This document shows, piece by piece, positions 8,262 to 18,226 of a stretch of DNA of 64,000 nucleotides; the first letter of the stretch is position 1, and each line of letters opens with the position of its first letter. The translations under genes were made by a program, and so were the position numbers. The DNA is from Candidatus Heimdallarchaeota archaeon (GTDB lineage Archaea > Asgardarchaeota > Heimdallarchaeia > Hodarchaeales > Hodarchaeaceae): positions 448,001 through 512,000 of the forward strand of contig RDOB01000002.1 in assembly GCA_011364965.1 (NCBI GenBank). Reading direction: 5' to 3'. The notes under the pieces are model-generated. The model did no database searches. It was not told the DNA's origin and worked only from the letters and a program-made list of their open reading frames with translations.

Positions 8262-10472
8262 GTGTTTTACATTGGTTTTGGAATAGATTTAGGAGCAATT
8301 ATTCTTATTGTAGCATTTCTAGCTTTATTATTGGATGCATTTTTTGTATTAGCCGGGAAATACCTAGAGAAGTGGGAGATTTATTCGGAAATTAGTCTGT
8401 TGATAGGAGCTTCAGCACTCCTCATTTCTTTTTTCTATTTTGCTTTTTTAATTGTAACCACAGATTTCAATTTTTATTTTGTAAGCGAATATGTGAATAG
8501 CAGAATGGATTTTTTCCTCCGATTGTCAACAATTTGGAGTAGTCAACCTGGGAGTTATTTCTTTTGGGCATTTTTAATTTCTATTATCTATTTCAGCTTT
8601 CGAATACTCTTTAGACAATTCGCACATGAAGCCATTTTTTGGCGTAGCTTCGTCTTAGCTGCCCTCCACTTAGCTTTACTTGTTTTTTTAACAATAATTA
8701 ATGATCCTTTTAAATTAAATAAGGAAGTACCTTTAGATGGACTTGGATTGAATCCTTTATTGATGAATATCTGGAATGTAATTCATCCACCAATTATTTT
8801 CATAAGTTATGCTCTTTGTTTGCTCCCTATGGTTATTGCGATCGCTAGGCTTTCCGTTCTTGAAGATGGTAAAGTACCAGAATTTGAAGGTAAAGAAAAA
8901 CTTGATGGATTCTTTGATTTCACAGTCTCGTTAGCTTGGCTTGCTTTGAGTATAGGTATTATTCTTGGGGCCTATTGGGCCTATATCACTCTTGGTTGGG
9001 GAGGATTCTGGGCTTGGGATCCTGTTGAGACTGCTTCATTAATACCTTGGCTTTTCATAACTTTTTATTTCCATGGCAAACCATTTTTCCGGAAAAAAGA
9101 TTTTCTAAGCAATTATTTAGTAAGTATGGGTTATATTGGAACCTTATTTACTACCTACTTAACACGAAGTGGTGTGGTATCAAGTGTCCATGCTTTTGTA
9201 CCTAGTGGTACTCTAGAAAAGATTCTATCTATGTTTATTCCTAAAGATTTCTTCTTAATGAGTATTATTCTCAGAATCATCCCAGACGAAAAGGTACTTT
9301 TCATCTTTGGAGGTGTAATGATAACGTTCCTTCTTCCTCTTATTCTAGGAATTAAAAATAGAGAAATTTTTAGAATCCCAATTGAGTTGAGTAAAGAGGA
9401 CTTTACAGCTTCCCGTCATCAGACAACCGCATTAAAAATATCTTTTATATCAGGTTTAATAGGTACTTATATAATCCTATTAGGATTAATAGCACCAGTG
9501 ATTTATGACCTTTTAGGTTATATAATTACTTTGAGTTCGAAGGGAATCTCTCCAAGCATTACTATAAGCCAACCTTTCTACAATACTGTAATCACCATTT
9601 TTGGCGGGGTTATGTTAATTGCTCAGTTTTTCTGTACATTTTATCCAAAGATCGCTATTAGACGAAAGTTTCAATTATTAATAGGTGGAGTTGTTGCAGG
9701 GATTTTATTTGCAATTAGTGGCATTCTATATCATAATGGTGTTCTTGCGTCAATGTTAGGGGGAAATAATCCAATTATTACCATTTTAGGTGAATTTTGG
9801 ACAACTAGTATCAAAGCTAATTTAGTATTACCTCTCATGTTTCTAGGGATAGTAGGATTAATTATAGAATTTATAAATATAATATTAAAAGATGAAAAAA
9901 ACCTTCTTCGAAAATCATCTCAAACAATGTTGCATTTATCTTTCTTAATAATTCTTGTTGGCGCATTAGTTGCTGCCAACACATCTTTTACAACAAATAT
10001 AACAGTTCAAAATGGTACAGATATGGAAATATCTGGGACAACATTGAGGATCGAAGTTATAAATCTTAGAAAAACAGTACCAGAGTCTGGTTTACATGCC
10101 ATAGATTATGATACAGAGTTCATTATCTCTTCAGGAGGTCGTGTATTGGGATATGGTATTAGTAGACTCTATGTGGATCATTTTAATCGTGTAGGGCATC
10201 AAGTGACAATAATTAGTAGTTTTCTTAGTGACATTTACATCATAACAATGAATGTTGCAGAGAATCCCATATATGGGACGTTCGATTTTTCTGCTCTTCA
10301 GATAAAAATTATTCCATATGTAAATTTACTTTGGATTGGGTGTTTCTTGCTTATCTTTGCGATTTTTCCTTTAACAATTGGCAAGTTTCTTTCCCTGAAG
10401 GAGATTTTCAAAATTGAGGAAGAAATAACCGATGAGACTTTAAATAAAGGTGATAAGGATGATCAAAACTAG
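8262..10472 (+). CDS. ccmF: Cytochrome c biogenesis heme lyase CcmF
   Basis: GLNPLL, IHPP, WGGFWAWDPVETASLIPW, LTRSG.VSSVHAF, and LHLSF. Confidence 0.95.
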   Translation: MFYIGFGIDLGAIILIVAFLALLLDAFFVLAGKYLEKWEIYSEISLLIGASALLISFFYFAFLIVTTDFNFYFVSEYVNSRMDFFLRLSTIWSSQPGSYFFWAFLISIIYFSFRILFRQFAHEAIFWRSFVLAALHLALLVFLTIINDPFKLNKEVPLDGLGLNPLLMNIWNVIHPPIIFISYALCLLPMVIAIARLSVLEDGKVPEFEGKEKLDGFFDFTVSLAWLALSIGIILGAYWAYITLGWGGFWAWDPVETASLIPWLFITFYFHGKPFFRKKDFLSNYLVSMGYIGTLFTTYLTRSGVVSSVHAFVPSGTLEKILSMFIPKDFFLMSIILRIIPDEKVLFIFGGVMITFLLPLILGIKNREIFRIPIELSKEDFTASRHQTTALKISFISGLIGTYIILLGLIAPVIYDLLGYIITLSSKGISPSITISQPFYNTVITIFGGVMLIAQFFCTFYPKIAIRRKFQLLIGGVVAGILFAISGILYHNGVLASMLGGNNPIITILGEFWTTSIKANLVLPLMFLGIVGLIIEFINIILKDEKNLLRKSSQTMLHLSFLIILVGALVAANTSFTTNITVQNGTDMEISGTTLRIEVINLRKTVPESGLHAIDYDTEFIISSGGRVLGYGISRLYVDHFNRVGHQVTIISSFLSDIYIITMNVAENPIYGTFDFSALQIKIIPYVNLLWIGCFLLIFAIFPLTIGKFLSLKEIFKIEEEITDETLNKGDKDDQN

Positions 10473-10881
10473 AAATTTGCTTATCTCTGGATTGATTATT
10501 TCTGTATGTGTATTCGCATTATTTTTTCTGTTATTCAATACTTCTATCCCAATATTTACTGTGAAAGAGTTAATAGACCATCCTAGACCTGAATCATTAT
10601 TAAATCATAAAATTCAATTAATAGGTATTGTGGGAACAATAGATACTTCAGGATTTTTACTATACGATCCTGAAGATCAAACTAATGCAACTTTGATTAT
10701 TTACATTGAAGCTATAAATGTTACTAAACCCGGAGGATTCGTGATCGGAAAAACCATTCTTGTTGAAGGACAACTAACATCTATTTCTGGGGTATGGACT
10801 TTAAAGGCCTCTATGATCAGTACTAAATGTCCCTCAAAATATGATGGAGGAGCTGAAATAGGAGAAGAAATTGATGGCTAG
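10459..10881 (+). CDS. ccmE: Heme chaperone CcmE, CxxxY type
   Basis: N-terminal TM, OB-fold-like core and TKCPSKY motif; located in the ccm cluster. Confidence 0.88.
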   Translation: MIKTRNLLISGLIISVCVFALFFLLFNTSIPIFTVKELIDHPRPESLLNHKIQLIGIVGTIDTSGFLLYDPEDQTNATLIIYIEAINVTKPGGFVIGKTILVEGQLTSISGVWTLKASMISTKCPSKYDGGAEIGEEIDG

Positions 10882-11554
10882 TAGATTAAAAGAAAATCCA
10901 TTTTGGATATTTTTGCTTTTTCTATCGTGTTTAATGATTATAAACTTCTTTTTAGTATATATCTCGATAAAATCATTTCAAGGATTTACTGTATCAGGAC
11001 GTCCAATCTTTTACATGGTTTCTTTTGCTTTTTCTACATATGTTTGTTTTGGAATTGTATTATTAAGTAGCATTCTTTATTTGTGGAAAAAAAGTTTTCT
11101 TTTTGATCTTTTAGTTGTTGCTGGAGCACAAGTGGGTGTAGTTACGGGAGCTATAACAATTTTAGTAGGAATGATTTGGTCATATGTCGAATGGGGGTAC
11201 TTCTGGCAATGGGAGCCAAGACAAACAACAACGTTAATAATGTGGATGGCTTATATAGGATTACTTATATTTCGTGAGATGCTTGATGAAAATTATCCTG
11301 AAAAACGAGGGACATTAACATCAATATTTGGAATTGTAAGCTTTCCATCTGTACCTTTATCAAACTACGTGGTTGGTGCTTTACACCCTCCTCCACAACA
11401 AACAACATTAGAAGAAGGATTAGGAATGCTTTTAATGTTGAATTTTCTTTTAATTGGTGCAATTTGCGTATTACTGGTATATCTAACCTATAGGACAAAT
11501 GAAATAGACTTTAAACTTAAAAAAATTCGAAAAATAAAAATGGAGGCGTTTTAA
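10874..11554 (+). CDS. ccmC: Heme exporter CcmC
   Basis: WWD-type motif GMIWSYVEWGYFWQWEPRQT and LHP; about 6 TMs. Confidence 0.92.
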   Translation: MASRLKENPFWIFLLFLSCLMIINFFLVYISIKSFQGFTVSGRPIFYMVSFAFSTYVCFGIVLLSSILYLWKKSFLFDLLVVAGAQVGVVTGAITILVGMIWSYVEWGYFWQWEPRQTTTLIMWMAYIGLLIFREMLDENYPEKRGTLTSIFGIVSFPSVPLSNYVVGALHPPPQQTTLEEGLGMLLMLNFLLIGAICVLLVYLTYRTNEIDFKLKKIRKIKMEAF

Positions 11555-11586
11555 TAATTTTTTTTAAATAGCAAGGAGTTGTTATT

Positions 11587-11742
11587 ATGGCAAATTTCAT
11601 TGATGAACTATTAGGATCTGAATTAAACTTGATGTTTTTTATCTCAATAACTGTTTGGATAATATTATTTTTATATCTATATTATATACACAATAAGTTA
11701 GGATCACTGAAAAAAGAATTAAGCAGTTTGAAAGATGATTGA
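11587..11742 (+). CDS. ccmD: CcmD-like small membrane protein (51 aa, not in the ORF track)
   Basis: MANFIDELLGSELNLMFFISITVWIILFLYLYYIHNKLGSLKKELSSLKDD: a single TM plus charged tail, AAGGAG upstream, directly after ccmC. Confidence 0.75.
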   Translation: MANFIDELLGSELNLMFFISITVWIILFLYLYYIHNKLGSLKKELSSLKDD

Positions 11743-11823
11743 TAGAGGAATTTTAAGTTATTTATTAACATATAGTATTTAATTAACTATTTACTGAGAA
11801 CACAGAGGAGATGATTATAAACT

Positions 11824-12525
11824 TTGAATACTCCTCCCAGACCTGTCGTTAGACTCACTAATATTTCGAAAACATATGGTTTCGTTCAAGCCTTGAAAAA
11901 TATAAACTTAGATATCAATCAAGGGGAAATTGTAGGTTTGGTGGGAAATAATGGAGCTGGGAAGAGCACACTTCTGAAAATAATTGCTCTACTAGTAAAA
12001 CCCGCAGAAGGAATAATTGAGCTTTTTAATAGGCAAGTTGATGACGAGATTCACTCTTTCAAGAAGAATTTAGGGATCCTGTTAAATTCTCCTTTTTTTT
12101 ATGAGGATTTAACTGGTCGTGAAAATTTTCATTTTTTCCTGCGAATGAAAAAACAAGTAAAGCATCCCCAAAAAGTAGTTCAGGATATTATTGATCAATA
12201 TGGATTGAAATTATTCATAGACCGTCCTTATTACGAGTTATCAACTGGGATGATGAAAAAATTGGAGATTTTAAGAACTATATCCCCAGATTTTCCTTTA
12301 CTACTTCTTTTAGATGAACCCTTTAGCGGATTAGATACTGAAAATAAGAAATTCCTCTCAAATTTAATTACCAATAAAGGATCAAAAAATACTGTGATTC
12401 TTTGTTCACATGATTTTAACATCGTAAATAACCTTTGTAGTAAAATTGTATTACTTGAAAGAGGGAAAATTAAGAAAATTTTCATGCCAACAGAATATAA
12501 TCACCTTCTAGCTCATTTTACTTAA
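11824..12525 (+). CDS. ccmA: ABC ATPase CcmA
   Basis: GNNGAGKST Walker A, LSTGM signature, LLLDEPFSGLD; lies between ccmD and ccmB. Confidence 0.85.
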   Translation: MNTPPRPVVRLTNISKTYGFVQALKNINLDINQGEIVGLVGNNGAGKSTLLKIIALLVKPAEGIIELFNRQVDDEIHSFKKNLGILLNSPFFYEDLTGRENFHFFLRMKKQVKHPQKVVQDIIDQYGLKLFIDRPYYELSTGMMKKLEILRTISPDFPLLLLLDEPFSGLDTENKKFLSNLITNKGSKNTVILCSHDFNIVNNLCSKIVLLERGKIKKIFMPTEYNHLLAHFT

Positions 12526-12546
12526 TTTTGAGAGGGAAAAACGAAT

Positions 12547-13227
12547 ATGATAAGTGATATATTGATTTTAGTCCGAAAAGATGTGTTATTAGAATTTAGA
12601 AAAAGAGAAACCATTTATTCGATGGGTTTATTTACCTTTTCTTCAATCCTAATTTTTTCTGCTTTATTAAATTTTATAGATGCTCCTTTAGAAACAAAAA
12701 ATGGAATATCCATTACTTGTCTATTATTTATTATAACTTTCTCTGTGATGCTTGGACTTACTTCAATATTCTCTCGCGAAATTAAGAATAATTCGATTTA
12801 TCGTCTCCTTTCATTATCTATTAAACCTCAAGTAATATTTTTGTCGAAATTTGTATATTTATTTTTAATGACAGGTTTTATTGAGATCTTTGCTTTTATT
12901 TTAGCAATTATATTTTTAAAAATAGACTTTCAAGTTAATATTTTAGTATATTTCATTTTTCTGACGATAGGTACCTTAGATCTAACTATTGCAGGATGTA
13001 TTGTAGCTTTTTTGACATTATATGCTAAATCAAAATCATTAGCTGTTCCTATCTTATTCTTTCCTTTGGTCCTTCCATCAGTTCTTATTGAAACACAGGT
13101 TTCGTTGAATATGGTTTTAATGAATGATATAAATTATATGATAACAAATTTATTGATTCTTTTTTTTCATGGAGTAATAATACTTGCTTTCGTATTACTG
13201 GTAGCTGAAGAGCTTATTCAAGACTAA
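12547..13227 (+). CDS. ccmB: Heme exporter permease CcmB
   Basis: RKDVLLEFRKRE N-terminus, FSRE, PILFFPLVLP; 6 TMs. Confidence 0.9.
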   Translation: MISDILILVRKDVLLEFRKRETIYSMGLFTFSSILIFSALLNFIDAPLETKNGISITCLLFIITFSVMLGLTSIFSREIKNNSIYRLLSLSIKPQVIFLSKFVYLFLMTGFIEIFAFILAIIFLKIDFQVNILVYFIFLTIGTLDLTIAGCIVAFLTLYAKSKSLAVPILFFPLVLPSVLIETQVSLNMVLMNDINYMITNLLILFFHGVIILAFVLLVAEELIQD

Positions 13228-13318
13228 ATATATCTAAATTACTAAATAAGTATTTATTATTTCAATTGATACTATATTAATGGAAAAAAGGAAAAAAGAA
13301 AATTAGGAGAGTTCTGAA

Positions 13319-14260
13319 TTACTTTCTAAGGTTAGATCTTTGATTTTTACGTAGTCGTTTTTGGTAGAGACATAACGTTATAGTTAACGTTATCAGAAAA
13401 GTCGATAATAAAAATCCAGGTGTTCGACGGGCAGGAGGAGAAGAAGTGGTGGTTGTACTGGTCGGCGCAATACTAACTTCGCTAGAATTTGAAGTGGCCG
13501 TAAACCTATAGAAAACATTAGCCCAGGATCCAGCGTCATTTTCAGCGTAGAGTCTTAGATCATGGATCGAATCATCAGCAGGAAGAGTGATATCATAGGG
13601 AGCATCAAGAGTCTCATTAACTAGTGCATTATCCCAATTATACAATACTTGAGATATAAGTGCATTAGGATCTTCAATTGAGAAATCGATTGTCGATCCA
13701 CCGAGGATGATTGAATTATTTGTAGGATAATTAAGTGTGACAATAGGTGGTGGGATACCTACTCTAAAGATAAATACTCCTGAAACCCAATTGTTTGAAT
13801 AATCTTCTGCATAAAGGTATAAAGTATGTAAACCATTAGTTTCTGGTAATGTAAATTCATAGATATCGATCTCACTTTTCAGGTCGTGGACTTCAAGACT
13901 GCTGTTAGACGAGGCTGTATCCCATGAATAAAGAATTTGTAACATTTCATACATAAAATTGTCATCAGTAATCTTTATGGAGATAATTGTTCCTCCAAGA
14001 TTAATTGAGTATTGTTCAGGGGAGATTAGTGTTAATAGAGGAGGGGTAGAATCCGTATGATCGCAACAAGCATCTTCAACTCTATATTCATATAGAATTA
14101 TTACTTCTGAATTGTGAATATTATTCATATTCTCTTTTGCATCATTATGATTCGCTTTCAGTAATAAAGTTGTATTTGTTAAAAATATGCTACCAACCAA
14201 AAATATGGAAAAAAGAATTATTGAGATTAAAAGAGATGTTCGGGTAATTTTTTGTAACAA
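13319..14260 (-). CDS. Surface protein with two Ig-like repeats and a PGF-CTERM-type anchor
   Basis: Signal peptide; two ~85 aa repeats (PPxxTLxxP...GG.I..I.D...LY.WD...TLP...H.L.LYAE...W); TTTT linker, TPGF, TM and basic tail. Confidence 0.75.
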   Translation of the reverse strand: MLQKITRTSLLISIILFSIFLVGSIFLTNTTLLLKANHNDAKENMNNIHNSEVIILYEYRVEDACCDHTDSTPPLLTLISPEQYSINLGGTIISIKITDDNFMYEMLQILYSWDTASSNSSLEVHDLKSEIDIYEFTLPETNGLHTLYLYAEDYSNNWVSGVFIFRVGIPPPIVTLNYPTNNSIILGGSTIDFSIEDPNALISQVLYNWDNALVNETLDAPYDITLPADDSIHDLRLYAENDAGSWANVFYRFTATSNSSEVSIAPTSTTTTSSPPARRTPGFLLSTFLITLTITLCLYQKRLRKNQRSNLRK

Positions 14261-14756
14261 ATCTTGCTCACCTTTTTCGGAATTCTTAGAATAGATAGTA
14301 AAATTCTATTGAATTGAAAAATATTCTTTATATATACATTTGGGTGTCCAAGAATAGAGTAAGAATTTTAATAGCAAGTAATAAAAAAGTAAGGATTTTT
14401 TGTTTAGCAATTAATAGGATATTTTTTTATTAAATACAAAAATACTGGCGTATAACTATCATTAGGAAAAAACTATAACATAAGGAGATTTAGTCTCCTT
14501 AGAGCCTAGATAAGCATAATTGATCTAAGTTTTAAAGGTAAGATATATTTTTAATTCTTCTTCTATTACCTTACTTTTTAGTTAGTTGCTTCCTAAATAG
14601 ATATTTAACTCCAGATCAACCAAATATATATAAAACATTCATACCTGATGTTGTAGCATTCTTCTTAGAAAAAATTTACGAAATTAATATTAAATAAACG
14701 AGTAAAAAAGAAACCTGAGCTTTTTGATATATAATATAACTAAAGGATGGTTTAGT

Positions 14757-15488
14757 ATGAATTTCATAGGTGGATTTAAAAAAAGTAAGATCAGTATAAA
14801 AATTCTATATATTTTAATCGGTGCTGCTATAGCAATTGGTATTGTAAGCGGAATTGGAAGTACCTGTACTACATTCGATCCTATTTGGTGGAGAAATCCA
14901 TCATTTTCAATTATTGGAGATTTACAAATTATCTTCATTATAGCTTATATTGCCACTTGGTTTACAGCAATTTTATGGATAGTTTTAATTTGGGCTTTAT
15001 CAGGTGGGAAAGATTGGTTTTACAAGATAGCTCTCTCAAATAGCGTTATTGGAATCTTGGGCGGCGCAATTCCTGTGGGAATCCTATTATACGAATATTG
15101 GGCAAGTTATGGCAATTCTGGCATGAGATTTACTCCTTCATGGTTTCGAACTATAATAAATTTGGTTTTATTTATTGTCCTTGTGATTCCAAAAATACGA
15201 ACTGAAATCCAAAATACCATCAAAAGTAATAGTTCAGCTATAGGAGGTTCTTCAGATTTAGGAACAGGATTAGCCCAATTGGCGTTTATTTTATTTGGTT
15301 TTGGAGTTGTTATGATACTACAGCCATTCATCATGCCTGCAACACATATCATTGATGGAGTAAACGTAGGATATGACTTTGAAGCGCTTCAATTCTATTG
15401 TGGTTTATTTTCTATTGTCCTTGGATTAATAACCCGGATCTCAGAACGCATTTATTCAAAAATTCAGTCTAGCAGAGTTATCTACTAA
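14757..15488 (+). CDS. Hypothetical multi-pass membrane protein
   Basis: About 6 hydrophobic segments; first gene of an apparent operon with 15504 and ctaB. Confidence 0.7.
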   Translation: MNFIGGFKKSKISIKILYILIGAAIAIGIVSGIGSTCTTFDPIWWRNPSFSIIGDLQIIFIIAYIATWFTAILWIVLIWALSGGKDWFYKIALSNSVIGILGGAIPVGILLYEYWASYGNSGMRFTPSWFRTIINLVLFIVLVIPKIRTEIQNTIKSNSSAIGGSSDLGTGLAQLAFILFGFGVVMILQPFIMPATHIIDGVNVGYDFEALQFYCGLFSIVLGLITRISERIYSKIQSSRVIY

Positions 15489-15503
15489 ATAAGAGGTATA
15501 ATT

Positions 15504-17138
15504 ATGAATTCAATCGAGATGAATGTAACTAAAGATGGTAAATGGAATTGGTTGAAATATAAGCTATTCTATGGCGGAACTTTCAAAGGAATGATCACCT
15601 TCACTATTGTATATTTATTTGTGATCACCCTCTTTCTTTCAACTTTTTCTAAACCAGTCGTGGACCTTCTTGGAGCACCATTACTACCATTTTACTTTAG
15701 TGGCTCTACTGAAGATTTAATGGCGTTTTCTGCCCGTGTTGTGCTATTGTATCATGCAATAACGGTGCCTTTCCTTGCAATTTGTACATACTTTGTATTA
15801 GAGTACTGCGATGTCCGAGAAAAATTAAAATCCCGAATTAAATGGCCATTATTTTTCGGAAGTCTTTTAGCATCAGGAGCTGGAATGTTATATGCTTACT
15901 TTTTCACTGAAGCTTGGATAATACACGGTTTATACCTAGTAGGATTATCACTCTGTTTTTATGCAGGTGTTATCCTCCTTATTGCTGTCTTTCCGTCCAA
16001 AAATTTTCCTAAGAATTGGACTAAACAAGAAAATAAAAATAATATTTTATTTGAGCAATTAGCTTTAGTAACGATAACTATTTGTATCTTAGTGACAGTA
16101 TTTCTTGGAGCAGCAATCGGAGCTTATTTTGGCGTTGATGAGATGTCTGCATTCTTAGCAGAATATTTCCTTCGAGATCCTATAACAGAGCTTCCTTATC
16201 CCTATTTGGTCGCAGATCTCTTTGTAGATGGGATTAAAGGCCACTTACATGCAATGTTGGGTCAAATCGATGTTGTCATCCTCCTTGTGGTATTCAGATA
16301 TACAATGGGTGATATGCCTAAAGGAAAATGGCATCTGCTAGCTATGATTCTAGCGATTCCTGGGGCTTTTTTTATGTCATTGGGTTGTTGGTTTGTTACC
16401 TTCAAATCTGTCGTTCCAATAGTCACATTTGGAATTTTACAGGAATGGCCATTTGATATGCACTACTTAATCTATGTCGGAGCAGCAATTCTCGTCACTG
16501 TAGGCGCGATGTTGGCCCTTATGGGTTGGAATAAAATCGCTAGGAAAGAACTGGGTGATGCTTATGAATCAGCTACTTGGGGTACCCGTATAAAAGTAAT
16601 ATTCAAAGATCCTGTTAAATTTACTCTCTATTTCCTATTCTTATGGGTAAATATCGTGATGACATTTAGTGGTATCTTCCTAGCATTAAGTCTATATGAT
16701 GAATCTGTGCTAGCTAGAGTTCTTCCATTTTTGTCGTTCCGATCGGGTCCTCTTGCAGTTGAAACTACTGTTGCTCGTGGTCACTGGCACATTTTAGGAG
16801 CTTTATCAGCTGTTATATTATTCTTACTCTTCGTTGATATTCTTCGTATAGAAGGTAAGACACGTAAGGTAATGGGATGGCTAATGCTGGCAGGAAGTAT
16901 TTTCGCTTTCCTTTCTGGAATGCTTTATCTCTATGTTCCCCACCTTGATCAGAATTGGGCAAATAATCACGAGTTGTACGTTGACGTGCAGGAATTCTGG
17001 CAAGTGAATGCTCCATGGCTACCCCTCCTTTTAGATTTTGGAATACTTCTTATTGGCATAGCACTTGTCATCTTCTGCTTCTATGAATTGATTCAAATCA
17101 TCAACGGAAGACGAGATATCCATGCATTTCCCGAATGA
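15504..17138 (+). CDS. His-rich polytopic membrane protein, possible divergent heme-copper-oxidase-fold heme protein
   Basis: About 13 TMs with intramembrane His motifs LYHAIT, IIHGLY, GHLHAM, DMHY and GHWHIL; stop overlaps the ctaB start. Confidence 0.55.
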   Translation: MNSIEMNVTKDGKWNWLKYKLFYGGTFKGMITFTIVYLFVITLFLSTFSKPVVDLLGAPLLPFYFSGSTEDLMAFSARVVLLYHAITVPFLAICTYFVLEYCDVREKLKSRIKWPLFFGSLLASGAGMLYAYFFTEAWIIHGLYLVGLSLCFYAGVILLIAVFPSKNFPKNWTKQENKNNILFEQLALVTITICILVTVFLGAAIGAYFGVDEMSAFLAEYFLRDPITELPYPYLVADLFVDGIKGHLHAMLGQIDVVILLVVFRYTMGDMPKGKWHLLAMILAIPGAFFMSLGCWFVTFKSVVPIVTFGILQEWPFDMHYLIYVGAAILVTVGAMLALMGWNKIARKELGDAYESATWGTRIKVIFKDPVKFTLYFLFLWVNIVMTFSGIFLALSLYDESVLARVLPFLSFRSGPLAVETTVARGHWHILGALSAVILFLLFVDILRIEGKTRKVMGWLMLAGSIFAFLSGMLYLYVPHLDQNWANNHELYVDVQEFWQVNAPWLPLLLDFGILLIGIALVIFCFYELIQIINGRRDIHAFPE

Positions 17139-18100
17139 TTAATAAAATCGTAAAGGATGCCGAAATGACAACAATTAATGGGGATAATGCAAATAACAAA
17201 AGATCCCCTTTTCTTTTTTTATCTTTTCAAATGTATTTGCATTTGATAAAGGCTAAACAAACAATTTTATTAGTCTATACAACAGTTTTTGCATATCTGA
17301 TAACTGCTTTACAATTCACATTCGATATTTTTACATTTTTATGGGTTTTTATCTCCGTTACATTAGCTGTATCGGGGAGTACCTTGTTTAATATGTATAT
17401 TGATCGTGATATTGATGCTATTATGGAAAGAACACAAAATCGACCTCTTCCCAGTGGAAAAATTGCTCCATCCACAGTTCTAAAGCATGGTTTCTTTTTT
17501 ATTGGAGCAGGTCTTATATTCTCTTTGTTGTATCTTAATATTTTGACAACATTTGTGATTTTTCTAGGATTTTTTTTTGATGTTATTATCTATTCCCTAA
17601 TTCTCAAAAGAAGAACCAAATATTCCATAATATTTGGAGGTATTGCTGGAGGTTTACCTGCGTTAGCTGGAAGGACAGCTGTTATAAATAGTGTTGATTT
17701 AATTGGTATTTTGCTCGGGTTATTTGTAGTAGCATGGATTCCATTACACATTCTCACTTTAGCTCTTCTACCAATAAATTTGAGAGATTATACAAAAGCA
17801 AAAATACCAATGTGGCCTGTTGCAAGTGGTGAAAGACAAACAATCCGAATAATTACTTTATCAGCAATCATTTCAGCCATTTTAACCATTATTACTGGAT
17901 TTTTATTAGAGATTGAATTAATATGGTTAATTCCATTACTTTTTTTTGGTTCATATATTCTAGCTATTGCTCTAAGAAATCTTTCATCGCCTACTACTCC
18001 TAGAACATTTAAACTCTTTAAAGCAGCATCAATTTATATGGCTCTTACGTTTGTCTTATTATTTATTGGCTTACTAATAACCATTGCTCCATATAGATAA
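17135..18100 (+). CDS. ctaB: Protoheme IX farnesyltransferase (heme O synthase)
   Basis: NMYIDRDIDAIMERTQNRPLPSG, LKRRT, GGIAGGLP, WIPLH, DY.KAKIPM. Confidence 0.95.
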   Translation: MINKIVKDAEMTTINGDNANNKRSPFLFLSFQMYLHLIKAKQTILLVYTTVFAYLITALQFTFDIFTFLWVFISVTLAVSGSTLFNMYIDRDIDAIMERTQNRPLPSGKIAPSTVLKHGFFFIGAGLIFSLLYLNILTTFVIFLGFFFDVIIYSLILKRRTKYSIIFGGIAGGLPALAGRTAVINSVDLIGILLGLFVVAWIPLHILTLALLPINLRDYTKAKIPMWPVASGERQTIRIITLSAIISAILTIITGFLLEIELIWLIPLLFFGSYILAIALRNLSSPTTPRTFKLFKAASIYMALTFVLLFIGLLITIAPYR

Positions 18101-18226
18101 CTACCAATTTAAATTTACATATTATAATATTAGATAATATTAATTGGATAAGCGATTGGAAAAGCATATCCTACAATATATTTTTCGTTTTTCCACGAAA
18201 GAGAATGACATTAGAGACCAAAAAGG

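Noticed and set aside
14481-14501. Inverted repeat TAAGGAGA-N5-TCTCCTTA in the divergent intergenic region
   Set aside because: Single occurrence with no adjacent regulator; operator, terminator or chance cannot be distinguished.
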